A stretch of DNA of 64,000 nucleotides, from positions 101,636 to 165,635 of the forward strand of contig JAWKRM010000003.1 in assembly GCA_041389625.1 (NCBI GenBank), in the 5' to 3' direction. The position numbers were made by a program, and so were the translations under genes. This DNA comes from Polyangiales bacterium. Lineage in GTDB: Bacteria; Myxococcota_A; Polyangia; Polyangiales; JAWKRM01. How positions within the stretch are numbered: position 1 is the first letter of the stretch; every line of letters starts with the position of its first letter. The notes beneath the pieces are model-generated. The model did no database searches. It was not told the origin of the DNA and saw only the letters and a list, made by a program, of their open reading frames with translations. Of this stretch, positions 54,639 to 64,000 are shown in pieces.

Positions 54639-55419
54639 CCGGGCGCGCAACGACGATTTCAGAAGGTGACTCGTTCGTGATCGGTGAGCGATCGAAGTCG
54701 CCCCACAGCTGATCGAGACGAAAGCCGTTGTAGTGAAGGAGCGCTTCGAGCTCCGCGGGGAATATCTGCCTCTGCGAGAGGGGCGTGGTCACCTTCGCGC
54801 GGCCCCGGCCATCCACGAACTGCATGGTTGTGATCTGAACCTGCGAGGCGGCGTCGTAGTCGTAGCTCTCGAAGAAGCGATAGCGCTTCCCGTGGGACGG
54901 ATAGGGCACGATGCCCGCGGTGAATCGGCGCGTCGGAGGGCGCGAGAGGATGAACGGGTCGGGCAGCAGTACGTCGAACGCGAGCCGCCCCGACGGTCGG
55001 AGGTGTTCGTGCACCCGGGCGAGGGCGCGCTCCCAGTCGCTCCGGTCATAGAGATGCATGAACACGTTGAACGGTGCGATCACGAGCGGGAAGCGCTCCT
55101 TGGCGCGGAACCGGCGCAGGTCGCCCGTGCGGAGGGTGACGCGTTCCCGCACGGAGGCGGGTTCCCGTTCAAGGCGGGTGCGGAGTCCCTCGAGCATGGA
55201 GGGCATCAAGTCCACGCCGACGACCTCCACCCCGGCGCGGGCCAGGGCCAGGGCAACACGGCCCGTGCCGACACCGAGCTCGAGGACGCGCCGCGCCCGG
55301 AGCTCGGCCGCCAGGTCCACGTAGAAGCGTACGTCGTTGCGGCGTTTCTGGTACGCCTGCTCGTAGTAACGCGCATCGCGGTAGTGGGCGCGCGTGCCCT
55401 CGCGGTAGCTCCGGCTCAT
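54607..55419 (-). CDS. class I SAM-dependent methyltransferase
   Basis: Motif I is VLELGVGTGRVALALA. 270 aa. The 3' end overlaps the lectin-like gene by 32 nt (convergent). Confidence 0.8.
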   Translation of the reverse strand: MSRSYREGTRAHYRDARYYEQAYQKRRNDVRFYVDLAAELRARRVLELGVGTGRVALALARAGVEVVGVDLMPSMLEGLRTRLEREPASVRERVTLRTGDLRRFRAKERFPLVIAPFNVFMHLYDRSDWERALARVHEHLRPSGRLAFDVLLPDPFILSRPPTRRFTAGIVPYPSHGKRYRFFESYDYDAASQVQITTMQFVDGRGRAKVTTPLSQRQIFPAELEALLHYNGFRLDQLWGDFDRSPITNESPSEIVVARPVNPRRGTKSR

Positions 55420-56219
55420 GAAGTGCTTACGGAAGTGCGGTCACGCAGGATGGCGTTGGCGAGCTCCGCGAAGCCACGCCCGCGGTCGGCCTGGGTGACG
55501 TAGGTCGGCGGAACGGGGAGGGCGCTCGCGTGCTCACGGACGTTGGCGACCCCCACGGACGGCTCGAAATGGGCGAAGGCCGCGGCGTCGTTCGGGCTGT
55601 CCCCCACGAATGTCCAACGCTGACGGGCCTCGGTGAGATCGATGCCGAGGGCGTCCCGGAGGGCCGAGGCGATCCCCGTGGCCTTGTTCCATGGGCCGGG
55701 GACCGCGTGGGCGTGGACGGTGGATCGCACCGCATCGAAGCCCTCGTCGCGAATCACGGCCATGAGCCGCTCCACGTCCTCCATCGCGAGGGTTGTCTCC
55801 TCGCCGATGTCGAAGGCGAGGTCGAGGCGCCGGGCGCGCTGATCACCGGTGACACGCACTTCGGGCATTTCCCGAGCCACACGCGCCCGCACCTGATCAA
55901 GGCGCGAGCGAACGCGCGCCATTTCTGCTTCGGGCACGGCGTAGCCCTCCCGAACGCGCGGGCCGTCGCGCCAGACCCAGCCGGCACCGTTCTCGCCCAC
56001 GGCGACGTTCACCGGCCAGTGGCGGGCGATGACATCCACCCAGCCAAGGGGGCGTCCCGTGACGGGCACGAGGACAAGCCCAGCGCGATGGAGCGCCCAC
56101 ATCGCATCGAACGCCTCCGGCTCCACGACGCCGTTCCGTGTCAGCGTGTCGTCGATATCGAACGCGATCCCTTCGAGGCGGGACCAGGTGCCGGGTGGGG
56201 CGCTTTGGAGCGGTTCCAT
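55416..56219 (-). CDS. HAD-IIB-type phosphatase
   Basis: Motifs are FDIDDTLT, VPVTGRP and FVGDSPNDAAAF. The stop overlaps the downstream start (ATGA). Confidence 0.75.
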   Translation of the reverse strand: MEPLQSAPPGTWSRLEGIAFDIDDTLTRNGVVEPEAFDAMWALHRAGLVLVPVTGRPLGWVDVIARHWPVNVAVGENGAGWVWRDGPRVREGYAVPEAEMARVRSRLDQVRARVAREMPEVRVTGDQRARRLDLAFDIGEETTLAMEDVERLMAVIRDEGFDAVRSTVHAHAVPGPWNKATGIASALRDALGIDLTEARQRWTFVGDSPNDAAAFAHFEPSVGVANVREHASALPVPPTYVTQADRGRGFAELANAILRDRTSVSTS

Positions 56220-56229
56220 CGGGCGCCCT

Positions 56230-57417
56230 TCAGCGCACCTGGAGGAACGCGCACTTCAGGTAACGCCCTTCGGGGAACGATGCGGGGTTCGGGTGATCCG
56301 GCGCCTGCTCCCCCATCGCAAGCAGCACGACCTCACGCTTCGCGTCGGTGGCGGCCATGCCGATGATGCGCGTGAACGCCGTCGCGTTCATCGCCGCGGA
56401 GCACGAGCAGGAGACCAGGATTCCGCCGGGCTCCACCAAACGAATCGCACTCGCGTTCAGCGTGCGGTACGCCTTCTTGGCTTGTTCGAGATGGCGGGCG
56501 GTCGGGGCGAGTTTCGGCGGGTCCACGATGACCATGTCGAAGCGCTCCCCCTGGGAATGGAGCTGCGGAAAAGTCTTTTTAACATCGGCCACTTGGAACG
56601 AAATTGTGTCCCCGTAGCCGTGTTTTTGGGCGATGGCGGCGCCCGCCGCGACCGCGCCCGCGCTCTTGTCGAGCGCCATGACGCTCGTGGCCCCACCACG
56701 TGCCGCCGCGAGGGAGAAGGCGCCCACGTAGGCAAACGCGTCGAGCACCCGCTTGCCGCGTGCCAGCTGCTCCACGCGCTGTCGGTTGTCGCGCTGGTCG
56801 AAGTAGTAGCCGGTCTTCTGCGCGACGCTGAACGGGATCTCAAAATTGAATCGCCGTTCCATGAACTTTAGGGAATCGATGTCCGGGCCGCGCACCACCC
56901 GCGTCTGGACCTCGAAGCCTTCGATGGACTGCTGGCGTTGGCTCGGGACCTCGACGACCGTCTGCACGCCCGCCACGCGGGCCACGTGTGCGAAGATTTC
57001 CGCCTCGCGTCGCTTCATGCCCACGGTGAGGAGCTGCACCACGGCGACCTTGTCGTAGACATCGACGATGAGACCCGCGAGTCGGTCGCCCTCGGCGTGC
57101 ACGAGGCGGTAGCCCGTGCACTCCTCGCCCGGCAGGTTCCAGAGGGCCTTGCGCCACCCGGCGGCGGCCTCGATGCGCTCGCCGAGCTCGCGGCCCTCGA
57201 GGTTCGCATTCGAATCGCGACTCAGGATGCGTACGGGAATGGCGCTCTTCGGCGACCAATATCCCTTGCCGAGGAATTGGCCCTTCGCGTCGACCACCGA
57301 CACGACGTCTCCGGGGCCAGGTGCGCCAATGACCTCTTCAATCCCCTGAGCGAATACCCAGGGGTGTCCTGCCCACACCGGTTGCACGTGGCCGGCACGT
57401 AGCCGAACCGTTCCCAT
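56230..57417 (-). CDS. rlmI: PUA-domain SAM-dependent rRNA (cytosine-C5) methyltransferase, RlmI-like
   Basis: Internal ATG at 57417 gives MGTVRLRAGHVQPVWAGHPWVFAQ. Further landmarks are YWSPKSAIPVRIL, FAYVGAFSLAAA and IVDPPK. Confidence 0.8.
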   Translation of the reverse strand: MGTVRLRAGHVQPVWAGHPWVFAQGIEEVIGAPGPGDVVSVVDAKGQFLGKGYWSPKSAIPVRILSRDSNANLEGRELGERIEAAAGWRKALWNLPGEECTGYRLVHAEGDRLAGLIVDVYDKVAVVQLLTVGMKRREAEIFAHVARVAGVQTVVEVPSQRQQSIEGFEVQTRVVRGPDIDSLKFMERRFNFEIPFSVAQKTGYYFDQRDNRQRVEQLARGKRVLDAFAYVGAFSLAAARGGATSVMALDKSAGAVAAGAAIAQKHGYGDTISFQVADVKKTFPQLHSQGERFDMVIVDPPKLAPTARHLEQAKKAYRTLNASAIRLVEPGGILVSCSCSAAMNATAFTRIIGMAATDAKREVVLLAMGEQAPDHPNPASFPEGRYLKCAFLQVR

Positions 57418-57569
57418 GGCGCGGACTCTATCACTCGTGTTTGCGGGAAGATACGCGCGAATTGCGAAACCCACCTGAAGGCTCCGGGGTGGCGCGACGC
57501 GTTACACGAGTTCTTGCGGCCGCGGTGACACGCGCCTAGGCTACGCGTAGCCCTTTCAGGGAGGAACCC

Positions 57570-57815
57570 GTGCCAAACATTGGATTCGGCGAGCTCGTCA
57601 TCATCCTTTTGATCGTGCTGATGGTATTCGGCGCGCGGCGGCTCCCGCAGATCGGCGAGGGTATCGGCAAGGCCATCTCAGGCCTCAAGCGTGGCCTGAA
57701 CTCCAACGACGACATTGAGGTCTCATCCGAACCCAAGCGGGTCCCGGAGTCCTCGTCGGCGGAGGGGATGCCAAAGCAGACCACCCGCGAAGCCGACGTC
57801 GTCGAGAAGAAGTAG
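57570..57815 (+). CDS. tatA: twin-arginine translocase subunit TatA/E
   Basis: GTG start. The sequence is MPNIGFGELVIILLIVLMVFGARRLPQIGEGIGKAISGLKRGL followed by an acidic tail. Confidence 0.9.
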   Translation: MPNIGFGELVIILLIVLMVFGARRLPQIGEGIGKAISGLKRGLNSNDDIEVSSEPKRVPESSSAEGMPKQTTREADVVEKK

Positions 57816-57850
57816 GCCGCCGTCTGGCCGCCGTCCTTGGGCGTGGGGCA

Positions 57851-57871
57851 CGTGCCGCGGGAAGCGGCACG
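57851..57871. terminator. GC-rich hairpin between convergent genes (weak terminator candidate)
   Basis: CGTGCCGC (57851-57858) pairs with GCGGCACG (57864-57871) around loop GGGAA. There is no clear U-tract on either strand. Confidence 0.3.
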
Positions 57872-57877
57872 GTTGGC

Positions 57878-58618
57878 TCAATTCACTTCGACGTCGGCGA
57901 GCATGCGCTTCGTGAGGTCTCTGAGTTCGGCGCGTAAGCTCTTGGAATCAGACACGGCTCGGAGATCCTGGTCGTTCAGGTTCAAGGCCAGCTGGAGCGC
58001 CACGTCGAGGGGCGTGTGGGGGTTATAGACGAGGGTCCGTCGCACCCGGTAGCGGAGCACCCAGCGTAGATCCGTGAACACGGCGAGCAGGATGGACGGG
58101 TCGATGGGGCGCGTGGCGGCGAGTCGGACCACGTCGTCCTCGATGAGACGTGGGTTCTTGAGCAGGATGCGGATCACGTCCGGGTGGGGGTCGCGGAGCG
58201 CCTTTAGGATCAAGCGCCGGTCGCTCGTGCGTGCGAGCGTCTTGCGCTCACCGAGGGTGAGGGGGCGCGCGCCGCCAAAGTCGGGAACCCGCCCCGGCTC
58301 CTGGTCGTCGCCGCTGCGGTCCTGGGCGAGGAGGCGCGCCACCTCGATCTGACCGCGCGTGGCCGCCACGAGCGCGGCCTCGGCCCGGGGCGCGAGCATC
58401 GTCGGGTCCGCGAGGGCCACGGAGACGACCAGCAGCACATCGCCGTGCTCCGGTTGGCGAGCCTCCACGGTGACGAGCAGGGACGTCATGAGATCCGCGA
58501 GGTCGGCGGGCGAAAGCGATGCGAGGACCTCCCGGGCGACCCCGACGCGGATCGCCGGGTCGCGCACGCTGCCCGCGGCGCGGAGGAGGCGGTCGACGGG
58601 GTCGTCGTGGTGGCGCAC
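57878..58618 (-). CDS. conserved-looking hypothetical protein (helical repeat)
   Basis: Only the C-terminal ~200-246 codons of ORF 57878..59356 look protein-like (..LILKALRDPHPDVIRILLKNPRLIEDDVVRLAATRPIDPSILLAVF..). The start is GTG 58618 or ATG 58489. The upstream half is antisense to the next gene. Confidence 0.55.
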   Translation of the reverse strand: MRHHDDPVDRLLRAAGSVRDPAIRVGVAREVLASLSPADLADLMTSLLVTVEARQPEHGDVLLVVSVALADPTMLAPRAEAALVAATRGQIEVARLLAQDRSGDDQEPGRVPDFGGARPLTLGERKTLARTSDRRLILKALRDPHPDVIRILLKNPRLIEDDVVRLAATRPIDPSILLAVFTDLRWVLRYRVRRTLVYNPHTPLDVALQLALNLNDQDLRAVSDSKSLRAELRDLTKRMLADVEVN

Positions 58619-58684
58619 CTCCCAGCACCCTGGACGAGGCCGCGGGCTTTGAAAAGGGGGCCCTGGGAGGCCCCGCGGAACCGC

Positions 58685-59350
58685 TTGACGCAGTGCGTCG
58701 GCGCGCGATACACCTCCCGCGTGGTCCAGGCTGATCTCGAGCACGAAACCGTCGACGGCGCGCAGGTACGCCTCATCAAGCGCTATTCGAACCGGAAGCT
58801 CTACGACACGCGCGACAGTCGCTACGTCACGCTGCAGCAGATCGCGGTGTATGTCCGTGCCGGCGAAGAAGTTCGCATCATCGACAACAACACCAAAGAA
58901 GACCTCACCAACGTCACGCTCGCGCAGATCATCTATGAGACCGAGAAGTCGGGCGATGGCGCGGAAAGCGGGGCGGCTAGCAAGAAGCTCCGGGACATCA
59001 TCCAGCGCGGCGGCGAGAAGCTCATCACGAGTCTCCGCGACGGGCCGGTCGGCAAGTTCGTGCCGCAGAGCGTGCGTCCCGAGGAGATGCCCGTGTCCGA
59101 GGCGGAGCGCCGACGCCCCCTGGCGCGGATGCTCGAGCAGTCGAAGGAGGCCCTCGAGAAGCTCGAGCACATGGCCGACGACCGCATGCGCGGGTTGGTC
59201 AACTCCGCCATTGGCCAGGTGCACCAGCTCCACAATGAGATCGGGCGCCTGCAGGCGCGGGTGGAGGAGCTCGAGTCGAGGCTCGTCCGCATGCAGCAGC
59301 GCCGGCAGGGGCAGTCCGATGCCCCTCCGGGCGACGAAAAAGACGAATAA
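58685..59350 (+). CDS. PhaR-like (PHA synthesis regulator, N-terminal DNA-binding domain) protein with a coiled-coil C-terminus
   Basis: IKRYSNRKLYDTRDSRYVTLQQIAVYVRAGEEVRIIDNNTKEDLTNVTLAQII matches the PHB/PHA accumulation regulator DNA-binding domain. The start is TTG 58685 (GGGAGG 14 nt upstream) or GTG 58721. Confidence 0.7.
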   Translation: MTQCVGARYTSRVVQADLEHETVDGAQVRLIKRYSNRKLYDTRDSRYVTLQQIAVYVRAGEEVRIIDNNTKEDLTNVTLAQIIYETEKSGDGAESGAASKKLRDIIQRGGEKLITSLRDGPVGKFVPQSVRPEEMPVSEAERRRPLARMLEQSKEALEKLEHMADDRMRGLVNSAIGQVHQLHNEIGRLQARVEELESRLVRMQQRRQGQSDAPPGDEKDE

Positions 59351-59406
59351 TTCCAACCGCAGTGCGGCGCTGGAAATAGCCCCCGGACCAAGGGCGTTAT
59401 AGACCC

Positions 59407-60078
59407 GTGGAACAACCCATGGATACCGAACGCCAGCGAGCGGAACGGCAAGCCTTCGAGCGGGAGGCGCTTGGCCACATGGATGCCCTCTACGGGACGG
59501 CCCTTCGACTGACGCGTTCCGAGGCGGACGCCGAGGACCTTGTGCAGGACACCTTCGTGCGCGCCTACCGGTTCTACGATCGGTTCGAGGCGGGCACGAA
59601 CGTCAAAGCGTGGCTCTTTCGCATCCTCACGAATACGTTCATCAACCGCTATCGCCGGCGAACGCGCGAGCGGGCGGCGCTCGAGACCCCGCAGGCCTCC
59701 ACGGTCGGTGACGGCGTCATGAGCCGGGCCGTGATGTTGGCGCTCACCGAGCCGGTCTCGACCGCCGAACGGCCACTCCTCGCGCAGGAAATCGAACGCG
59801 CGCTTGAAGAGCTGCCTGAGGACTACCGAACGGTCGTGCTGCTGGCGGACGTGGAGGAGCTTTCCTACCGCGAAATCGCCGACGTGGTTGGATGCCCCAT
59901 CGGCACCGTGATGTCGCGCCTCCACCGGGCGCGACGCGTGCTTCAAACGAGGCTCTTGGAACAGGCGGCGGCGCTCGGCATTGCCGATGAGCGCATCGAT
60001 GCGGCGTCGAAGGATGCGGACGCGGCGAAGCCCGTTGCCCTCGACGACTACCGAAAGGCTCGGGAGGCCGGCAAATGA
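59407..60078 (+). CDS. ECF-type RNA polymerase sigma factor
   Basis: Region 2 reads [29 protein letters not shown]. Region 4 reads [25 protein letters not shown]. The stop overlaps the next start (ATGA). Confidence 0.9.
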   Translation: MEQPMDTERQRAERQAFEREALGHMDALYGTALRLTRSEADAEDLVQDTFVRAYRFYDRFEAGTNVKAWLFRILTNTFINRYRRRTRERAALETPQASTVGDGVMSRAVMLALTEPVSTAERPLLAQEIERALEELPEDYRTVVLLADVEELSYREIADVVGCPIGTVMSRLHRARRVLQTRLLEQAAALGIADERIDAASKDADAAKPVALDDYRKAREAGK

Positions 60079-60917
60079 AGTGCGAACTGTTTCGGCGTCA
60101 CGTGGACGCGTACGTCGACGGCGAGGTGGACCCGTCGACGCAAATCGATTTCGAGCGGCACGCGTCCGAGTGCGCCCGCTGCCAGGAAGACCTGGCCTTT
60201 GTCCGTGCGGCGAAGGGGCATGTGCGAATGGCCCTCGGGGGAGCGAAGGCCCCGTCGCACCTACGTGCCCGCGTGCTCTCTGCCCTCGACTCCGTCGATG
60301 CGGATCGCAGCGGGCAGGGCGCGGACCTGGGTGTGGCGATCCAGGACGAGGGTGCGCCGCGTCCGTGGATTCGGTTCCTTCCGGTGAAGGCTCGCTACGC
60401 GGTTCCGTTGGTGGCTGTCGCGTCCCTCGTGCTTGCCGTCTTCGGTGCGGCCGATGTTCGCCTTGGCCGCGCCACGGGGGCGGAGCAGGCGGCGATGCCC
60501 ATGTTCGAAGACGTGGTGCGTTTGCACTCGGCCTCGCTTCCTCCCGATGTCACCGGGGCGCAGCCGCAGAAGGTTTCGTCGTACTTCCGGGACAAGGTTC
60601 GCTTCCCCGTCCGCCCGGTCTTCGATCAGGGGCAGGCGGAGCTCGTGGGCGCACGACTCTCGAATGTCCGCGACCACCGTGCGGCGGCCCTCTACTACAA
60701 TGTGCGAGGCAACCGCCTGACCGTGGTCGTCTTCGAGGCGGCCCCCTCCGAGCCCCTCGGGCCGCGGACGCGGTACATGGGCCGTGAGCTCTATCTTTCG
60801 CAGGTGGGCGGCTACACCGTGCCGGTCGTTCGGCGTGGGCAAGTGACCTACGCGTTCACGGGCGATGTGGACCGCGACACGCTCCTCCGCCTCGCGGCCG
60901 CGGCGCGCGTTCAGTAG
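60075..60917 (+). CDS. anti-sigma factor (zf-HC2) with one TM segment
   Basis: The N-terminus [24 protein letters not shown] carries the H-x3-C-x2-C motif. The TM segment is [17 protein letters not shown]. The gene is coupled to the sigma gene. Confidence 0.85.
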   Translation: MKCELFRRHVDAYVDGEVDPSTQIDFERHASECARCQEDLAFVRAAKGHVRMALGGAKAPSHLRARVLSALDSVDADRSGQGADLGVAIQDEGAPRPWIRFLPVKARYAVPLVAVASLVLAVFGAADVRLGRATGAEQAAMPMFEDVVRLHSASLPPDVTGAQPQKVSSYFRDKVRFPVRPVFDQGQAELVGARLSNVRDHRAAALYYNVRGNRLTVVVFEAAPSEPLGPRTRYMGRELYLSQVGGYTVPVVRRGQVTYAFTGDVDRDTLLRLAAAARVQ

Positions 60918-61045
60918 TCGGCGCATCGTCGAAGCGAAAGCGCTCGGAATCGGCTGCAATTCTTCGCACGCCTTCGTTGACGTGGGAGGAATGGGCCCCG
61001 TATCATCGAACCTCTTTTTCGCCCGATCTTCCGGGGGGAGATTCG

Positions 61046-63022
61046 ATGTCGCAACGCATCCTCGTTCTCGAGAGTGACGACAGCTTTGCCACGGCGGTCC
61101 GCGCCGGCTTCATGAGCCTGGGCGTGGACGTGGAGGTGGTCTCGGACGGAGCAGCGGGGCTTGAGCGGGTGCAGGCGGTCAAACCGAACCTGATCCTGCT
61201 CTCCATCGAGTTGGCGGGGATGAACGGCTTCCTCGTCTGCAACAAGATCAAGAAGAAGGCGGAGCTCAAGTCGATTCCGCTGCTTGTGCTTTCGAGCGCG
61301 CCCAATGCATCGGACACGTTCGACCGCCACCGCGAGCTGCCTACGCACGCGGACGACTACATCAAGAAGCCGATCTCGTTCGATGACCTGGTCGAGCGTG
61401 TCCAAAAGTGGGTTGAACTCGACCTCGGCGCGGGTGGCGCTGGTCGTGCGTCGAGCCCCGGGAAAGGAAGCGACAGCATGTCACCGAAGAAGGACGTGGA
61501 CGCGGAGATCGACGCGTTTGCCGACGAAGCGTTCGATGCGCTCGTTGTCGATTCGCCGAGGTCCGCGCCGCCCGCCAGTTCGGCGTTCTCGAGTGTGGAC
61601 GAAGCGACGGGGGTGAGCGCGCCGCCCATCCCCATCGCGGAAGCGGACCTGGTCGACGACGCCGACTTCATCGAACTCGATGACGACGCGGGCCTTGAAC
61701 TCGAGGACGTGGGACCGAGCACCGCGGTGGAACGGCGCTCGTCGATTCCGGCGGCCAAGGCGGCCCGTTCCGAGCGGCCGAAACCGGCTTCCGTGCCGCC
61801 GCCCGCCGCGGTTCCGGCCGTGGATACGGCGGCCCTGGATGAGCTCGAGCGAAAGCTGGCGGCGGCCGAGTCCCGCGCCCAGGAAGCGGAGAAGCTCGCG
61901 ACCGAACTCAAGGCGCAGCGCTCCATGCGGCCCCCGGCCGGTGCATCGAGCGCCGACATCCTCGAGCTTCGCGGGCAGCTGAACGCGAAGGAGGGCCAGC
62001 TCCTCGAACTCAAGGAGCAAGTCACCGCGCGTGAGAAGAAGATTCGCGAACTCGACGGGAAGAACCTCGAAATCGAGCGCTCGAAGGTTGAAATCGAAGA
62101 GCGCTTGGTTGCGCTCGAGGGCGAGCTCGACGACCTGAAGCAGAAGACGACCGCGCTTGAGGGCGACAAGGAGGCCGCGTCGAAGCGTGCGTCCGACATG
62201 AAGGAACGCGCCGAGCGCGCACAGGCGCGCATCAAGCAACTCGAGGAGGAGCTCGAGCAGCAGAAGGTGAGCCTCGAAGGGCAACTCAATGCGCTTGAGG
62301 AGAAACACGCGACCGCGACCGCGCGTGCGGCGAGTGCCCACGCCGGCGAAGTCGAAAAGCTTCGCGCGGATCTCGACGCCGCCGTTGCCAGCGAGCGTGG
62401 CGCGCGGGAGAAGGCCGTGGCCGAACTCTCCGAGGCGCACGAAGGGGCACTGTCGGAGCTCAAGGCGAAGCACAGCGCCGAGCTAGCGACGCTCCGTGAC
62501 AACCACGCCACCGAATCGGCCAAGCGTGCGGCCGAGGCGGAGCAGGCGACCGACGCGGCCGTGGCCGAGGCGACCGCGCGCCTGACCGCGCAGCTCGACC
62601 GCGAAAAGGCAGCGGCGGAGGACGCGCGCGAATCGGCGCTCACCGCGCTTCGAGCGGAATTCGAGACGGAAAAGGCGTCCATCATCCAGACGTCCGAGGA
62701 AAAGCACGGGCGCGAACTCGCGCTCGTGGGACGCAAGCTCACCGAGACCGAGTCTCGGCTCGATCAGGCGTATGCGCGCGTGACCGAGGCGGAGGGCGAG
62801 CGCGACCAGGCGAAGGCCGAGGCCGACAAGCGTGGCCAGGATGTCGAGTCGCTCCGCGCGGAAATCGCGGCGCTCAAGGCGAACACCGACGACCTGCGGT
62901 CGCGGCTCACCAATGCGGAGGCGAAGCTCGCCAACGATGCCGAGGTCCTCGGCCGTGCGCGGAAGGCGTTCGCCATTGGTCTCAGTCTGCTCGAAGATCA
63001 GCAGAAGTCGGCCGCAGAGTAG
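61046..63022 (+). CDS. FrzS/AglZ-like protein: N-terminal pseudo-receiver plus a long coiled coil
   Basis: ATG at 61046 follows GGGGGGAG. The receiver fold (ILVLESDD .. NLILLSIELAGMNG .. PLLVLSS .. HADDYIKKP) has Ser at the phospho-acceptor position. About 400 aa of A/E/K/L-rich heptad-like sequence follow. Confidence 0.8.
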   Translation: MSQRILVLESDDSFATAVRAGFMSLGVDVEVVSDGAAGLERVQAVKPNLILLSIELAGMNGFLVCNKIKKKAELKSIPLLVLSSAPNASDTFDRHRELPTHADDYIKKPISFDDLVERVQKWVELDLGAGGAGRASSPGKGSDSMSPKKDVDAEIDAFADEAFDALVVDSPRSAPPASSAFSSVDEATGVSAPPIPIAEADLVDDADFIELDDDAGLELEDVGPSTAVERRSSIPAAKAARSERPKPASVPPPAAVPAVDTAALDELERKLAAAESRAQEAEKLATELKAQRSMRPPAGASSADILELRGQLNAKEGQLLELKEQVTAREKKIRELDGKNLEIERSKVEIEERLVALEGELDDLKQKTTALEGDKEAASKRASDMKERAERAQARIKQLEEELEQQKVSLEGQLNALEEKHATATARAASAHAGEVEKLRADLDAAVASERGAREKAVAELSEAHEGALSELKAKHSAELATLRDNHATESAKRAAEAEQATDAAVAEATARLTAQLDREKAAAEDARESALTALRAEFETEKASIIQTSEEKHGRELALVGRKLTETESRLDQAYARVTEAEGERDQAKAEADKRGQDVESLRAEIAALKANTDDLRSRLTNAEAKLANDAEVLGRARKAFAIGLSLLEDQQKSAAE

Positions 63023-63025
63023 GCT

Positions 63026-64000
63026 GTGATCCGAAACCGCGACGAGCTGCTCGCGGGGGACGACTCGGGCAAGCGTGCCACCGCGCTCGCGTTGCTCGAG
63101 GCGGGGCTCCATGCCGTAGACCCACGGCGTGCCACCTTGGCTGCGCTCGAGCGAATCCGCGCCGGTGGACGTTCCCTCGACCGCGTGACGCTCCTGGCCT
63201 TCGGGAAGGCGGCGGAGCCCATGGTGCGCGCAGCACTCGAGGTGCTTGAGCCAGCCCGGGGGCTCGTGGTGACGCTCGGGGCGGCGACGTTTTCCGGGCT
63301 TGAGGTGGTCCGGGCGTCGCATCCGTCCGCGGAGGAGGGGGCCCTTGACGCCGGGCGGCGGGCCTTCGCGCTGGCGGAGTCGCTATCGGACGAGGACACG
63401 GTCGTGGTGCTGGTTTCCGGGGGCGGTTCCGCGATGCTGGAGTCGCTGCTTCCGGGCGTTCCCTTCGATGCGTTTCGTGCGCTCACCGACGCGCTCCGTG
63501 AGAGCGGTGCGGCCATCGACGAGCTCAACGCGGTGCGCATGGCGTTTTCCGCGATCAAGGGCGGTGGTCTGTCGGAGGCGTTTTACCCGGCGCGCGTGAT
63601 CAACGTCGTGGTGTCGGACGTGCCTGGGATGGCGCCGTGGTTGGTGGCGTCTGGGCCAACGTTGCCGGCGGAGGCGGGGGCAAAGCTCCCCGACGTCCGC
63701 GCGATTCTCGAGCGACGCGGCGTGGGCGACCTGGTGACGCCCGAGCTTCTAAGCGCGCTCGAGCGCGAGCCGCCCGAGCGACGTTGGGACCATATCGTGA
63801 CCGAAATCGCGGCGGACTCGCGGACCGCGCGGGATGCGATGGTCGAATCCGCGCGCGCCCTCGGGCTCCGCGCCCTGGCGTATCCACGCTTCCTTACGGG
63901 CGAGGCGCGGCTCGCGGGAAGCATCTTCGTACGCGGTTCGTTGCGGCAGCCGACCGACGTGATCGTCGCATCGGGAGAAACGACGGTCCGCGTTGCGGGG
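63026..64000 (+). CDS. glycerate kinase of the DUF4147/MOFRL family, 3' end outside window
   Basis: This gene is absent from the ORF track because it has no stop in the window. GTG at 63026 opens 325 uninterrupted codons. Motifs translated by hand are LLAFGKAAEPM, VVVLVSGGGSAMLE, NAVRMAFSAIKGGGL and VVVSDVPG..VASGPT. Confidence 0.8.
   Translation, partial: MIRNRDELLAGDDSGKRATALALLEAGLHAVDPRRATLAALERIRAGGRSLDRVTLLAFGKAAEPMVRAALEVLEPARGLVVTLGAATFSGLEVVRASHPSAEEGALDAGRRAFALAESLSDEDTVVVLVSGGGSAMLESLLPGVPFDAFRALTDALRESGAAIDELNAVRMAFSAIKGGGLSEAFYPARVINVVVSDVPGMAPWLVASGPTLPAEAGAKLPDVRAILERRGVGDLVTPELLSALEREPPERRWDHIVTEIAADSRTARDAMVESARALGLRALAYPRFLTGEARLAGSIFVRGSLRQPTDVIVASGETTVRVAG

Noticed and set aside
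58619-59356. N-terminal half of minus ORF 57878..59356.
   Set aside because: It is antisense to the PhaR-like gene, whose DNA-binding motif is unambiguous, and its translation (..LELLHPRLQAPDLIVELVHLANGG..) is shadow-like.

Overview
This is a high-GC segment; hand-counted 60-nt lines range from 52% to 77% GC and most of the window sits near the top of that range. It looks chromosomal and myxobacterial. The evidence for that is a MYXO-CTERM sorting tail, a Glt/Nfs-type gene set, a FrzS-like pseudo-receiver protein, and many lipoprotein, FHA, Ser/Thr-kinase and sigma-54 genes. I can support about 60 genes and found no rRNA, tRNA or CRISPR array.

Layout:
- 3-2553: HD-GYP protein, HAD phosphatase, cysK.
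- 2547-13812: nine tightly coupled genes in the order of the Myxococcus nfsA-H / gltA-H envelope machine.
- 13854-16299: PilZ operon.
- 16281-24861: ribF, HEAT protein, outer-membrane proteins, xseB.
- 24858-27332: rhodanese, MauE/DoxX, and a Cys-rich MYXO-CTERM metalloprotease.
- 27398-31803: TatT-type TRAP transporter.
- 33234-34096: an 860-bp gene-free region filled with two families of 41-42-bp dyad-bearing tandem repeats.
- 34097-38457: glycine-rich lipoprotein and acnA.
- 38490-43851: a sigma-54 promoter with an FHA enhancer-binding protein and a Ser/Thr kinase.
- 43848-47156: DUF1552/DUF1592-type pair.
- 47.2-54.6 kb: an accessory-looking stretch with a low-GC beta-helix gene and two frameshifted lipoprotein genes.
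- 54607-64000: housekeeping and regulatory genes (tatA, ECF sigma/anti-sigma, FrzS-like protein, glycerate kinase).

Most worth a second look are the repeat arrays, the single-locus Glt/Nfs-like machine flanked by c-di-GMP modules, the sigma-54 module, and a compensated frameshift in acnA.

All calls rest on reading motifs by eye. Start codons are approximate, family names come from memory, and many long ORFs in the supplied track are antisense shadows.
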